A stretch of DNA of 64,000 bases from Clostridia bacterium. GTDB lineage: Bacteria > Bacillota > Clostridia > Oscillospirales > JAAYXM01. A program made the translations under genes and the position numbers. The notes under the pieces are model-generated. The model made no database searches and was not told where the DNA came from. It saw nothing but the letters and a program-made list of their open reading frames with translations. The stretch is from contig JAFYQP010000058.1 in assembly GCA_017559855.1 (NCBI GenBank), forward strand, positions 615-64,614, read 5' to 3'. This document shows, one piece after another, positions 62,860 to 64,000 of the stretch. How positions within the stretch are numbered: the stretch's first letter is position 1; each line of letters starts with the position of its first letter.

Positions 62860-63666
62860 ATGTCTTTTTGTAAAAACCACAATGGTAATTTTCTTTATCT
62901 GACCATACCGTCTTTTTCCGAAACCGGACTTGTTAATCACGGCTTTACAAGCAGATTGGGTGGTGTAAGCAAGGCACCTTTTAATTCTATGAATCTGAGC
63001 ATAGGTCGTGGTGATGATCCTGACGCTGTAAAAGAAAACTATAAAATTGCAGGTGATGCAATCGATTTTAATCCCGACCGCCTTGTTTTCTTCCCTCAGG
63101 TACACAAAAATGATATATTTGTAGCACGTGAAGAAGATGCGGGAATGGGTTTTCGAACCGATCGTCCCGAATATGACGGAATTATAACAAACGTGAAAAA
63201 TCTCCCTATCGCCACTTTCCACGCAGATTGCACACCTATTTTTCTGCTTGATCCGATAAAAGAGGTCGTCGGTGTGGTCCACGCAGGATGGCGAGGGACT
63301 GCACTTCAAGCCGCAGGGAAAGCAGTTCTTAAAATGCAGGAGGTTTTTTCTTGTAAGCCGGAGAATATTCTCGCAGGAATCGGTCCGTGTGGCGGAAAAT
63401 GTTGTTATGAAACACACAAGGACGTACCCGATGCGTTCATCTCATCAATCGGTGATGAAGCGTCTGACTATTTTACACCTTTTGGCGAAAAATATTTAAT
63501 CGACCTTGCGGGACTTAACAGGTTTATACTTACCCGCAATGGCATTTTGGAAAAGAATATCACAATGAGCGGCATCTGTACTTGTTGCAATTCAGACACC
63601 TATTGGTCACACCGTGCAACCGGTGGTGTGCGTGGCGGAATGGCCGCAATAATTATGCTGAGGTGA
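62860..63666 (+). CDS. pgeF: peptidoglycan editing factor PgeF (YfiH/DUF152 laccase-domain protein)
   Basis: HGFTSRLGG, QVH, GVVHAGWRGT, and C-terminal CTCCN...YWSHR motifs. I prefer the ATG at 62860 to the GTG at 62851. Confidence 0.92.
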   Translation: MSFCKNHNGNFLYLTIPSFSETGLVNHGFTSRLGGVSKAPFNSMNLSIGRGDDPDAVKENYKIAGDAIDFNPDRLVFFPQVHKNDIFVAREEDAGMGFRTDRPEYDGIITNVKNLPIATFHADCTPIFLLDPIKEVVGVVHAGWRGTALQAAGKAVLKMQEVFSCKPENILAGIGPCGGKCCYETHKDVPDAFISSIGDEASDYFTPFGEKYLIDLAGLNRFILTRNGILEKNITMSGICTCCNSDTYWSHRATGGVRGGMAAIIMLR

Positions 63667-63671
63667 TTATT

Positions 63672-64000
63672 TTGAAAAAAATCCTCGCGCTACTCCTTTC
63701 TCTGTTTATCCTTTGCTCTTGCGGCACAAACGTTGCCGAAAATACCGACGAAACGGTTAAGAGCACAAACACAGAGTTTGGCGTTTCCATAGTACCCGAA
63801 ATGGGAATAAATCCATTTACTGTCAAGAGCAAGGAAAACCTTGAACTTTTCGGGCTTATATTCGAAGGGCTTTTTGAATTGGATGAAAAATTTGAGGCGG
63901 TAGCGGTTCTCGCTAATCAATACTCAAAAAAAGATAATATTTATACAATCACTATCAAAGGTGACCGTGTTTTTAGCGACGGAACCCCACTTACCGCAGA
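63672..64000 (+). CDS. lipoprotein, ABC-transporter substrate-binding protein family 5 (peptide/nickel type), N-terminal part; continues beyond the right edge
   Basis: Not in the track because there is no stop. TTG 63672 with GAGGTG 6 nt upstream. Signal plus lipobox MKKILALLLSLFILCSC, then INPF...LIFEGLFELDEKF...YTITIKGDRVFSDGTPLTA, typical of SBP_bac_5. Confidence 0.75.
   Translation, partial: MKKILALLLSLFILCSCGTNVAENTDETVKSTNTEFGVSIVPEMGINPFTVKSKENLELFGLIFEGLFELDEKFEAVAVLANQYSKKDNIYTITIKGDRVFSDGTPLTA

Noticed and set aside
62839-63417. 192-aa minus-strand ORF
   Set aside because: It is antisense to pgeF, which has unmistakable YfiH/DUF152 motifs. It has no RBS.

Overview
This is a 64-kb chromosomal segment from a spore-forming Firmicute, probably Clostridia/Oscillospiraceae-like. 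Supporting markers are spoIIR, the Prp protease with an L27 propeptide, an SLH protein, and an FMN riboswitch upstream of an ECF RibU-type gene. I call about 63 protein genes, and coding density looks above 90% by eye. Most are housekeeping: obg-rpmA-prp-rplU, folD, lgt, an M16 peptidase pair, ylxM-ffh-rpsP-KH-rimM-trmD, ispE, trpS, uvrB-uvrA, radC, metK, recD2, secG, typA and pgeF. I saw no rRNA, tRNA, CRISPR array, transposase or integrase. The stand-out locus is a two-gene operon on the minus strand (37669 to 32668). It encodes a 553-aa 3-TM membrane protein, translationally coupled to an 1108-aa cytoplasmic protein. That protein reads as zinc ribbon, helical region, TIR domain with a WxxxE glutamate, coiled coil, seven RCC1-like blades, coiled coil, seven more blades, zinc ribbon. 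No canonical TIR-system partner (ThsA, STING, Argonaute) is present, so I flag it as a candidate uncharacterised TIR-based sensor or defence-type system. Secondary observations: (1) an EF-G paralog with the catalytic His replaced in G3 (DAPGY); (2) an inositol/aminocyclitol-like trio (DegT aminotransferase, Gfo/Idh/MocA, TIM barrel), plus a further DegT gene adjacent to a TRAP permease gene; (3) an unlisted 36-aa Cys-rich hydrophobic peptide gene with a sigmaK-like promoter; (4) an FMN riboswitch; (5) an XRE regulator with two palindromic operators; (6) an amidohydrolase pair in which one member has a degenerate metal motif; (7) an orphan fumarate-hydratase beta subunit; (8) a CAT/E2-like acyltransferase with DERxxDG, in an operon with a methyltransferase and an ABC exporter pair. 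All calls come from reading the translations and sequence by eye. No database search or computation was run.
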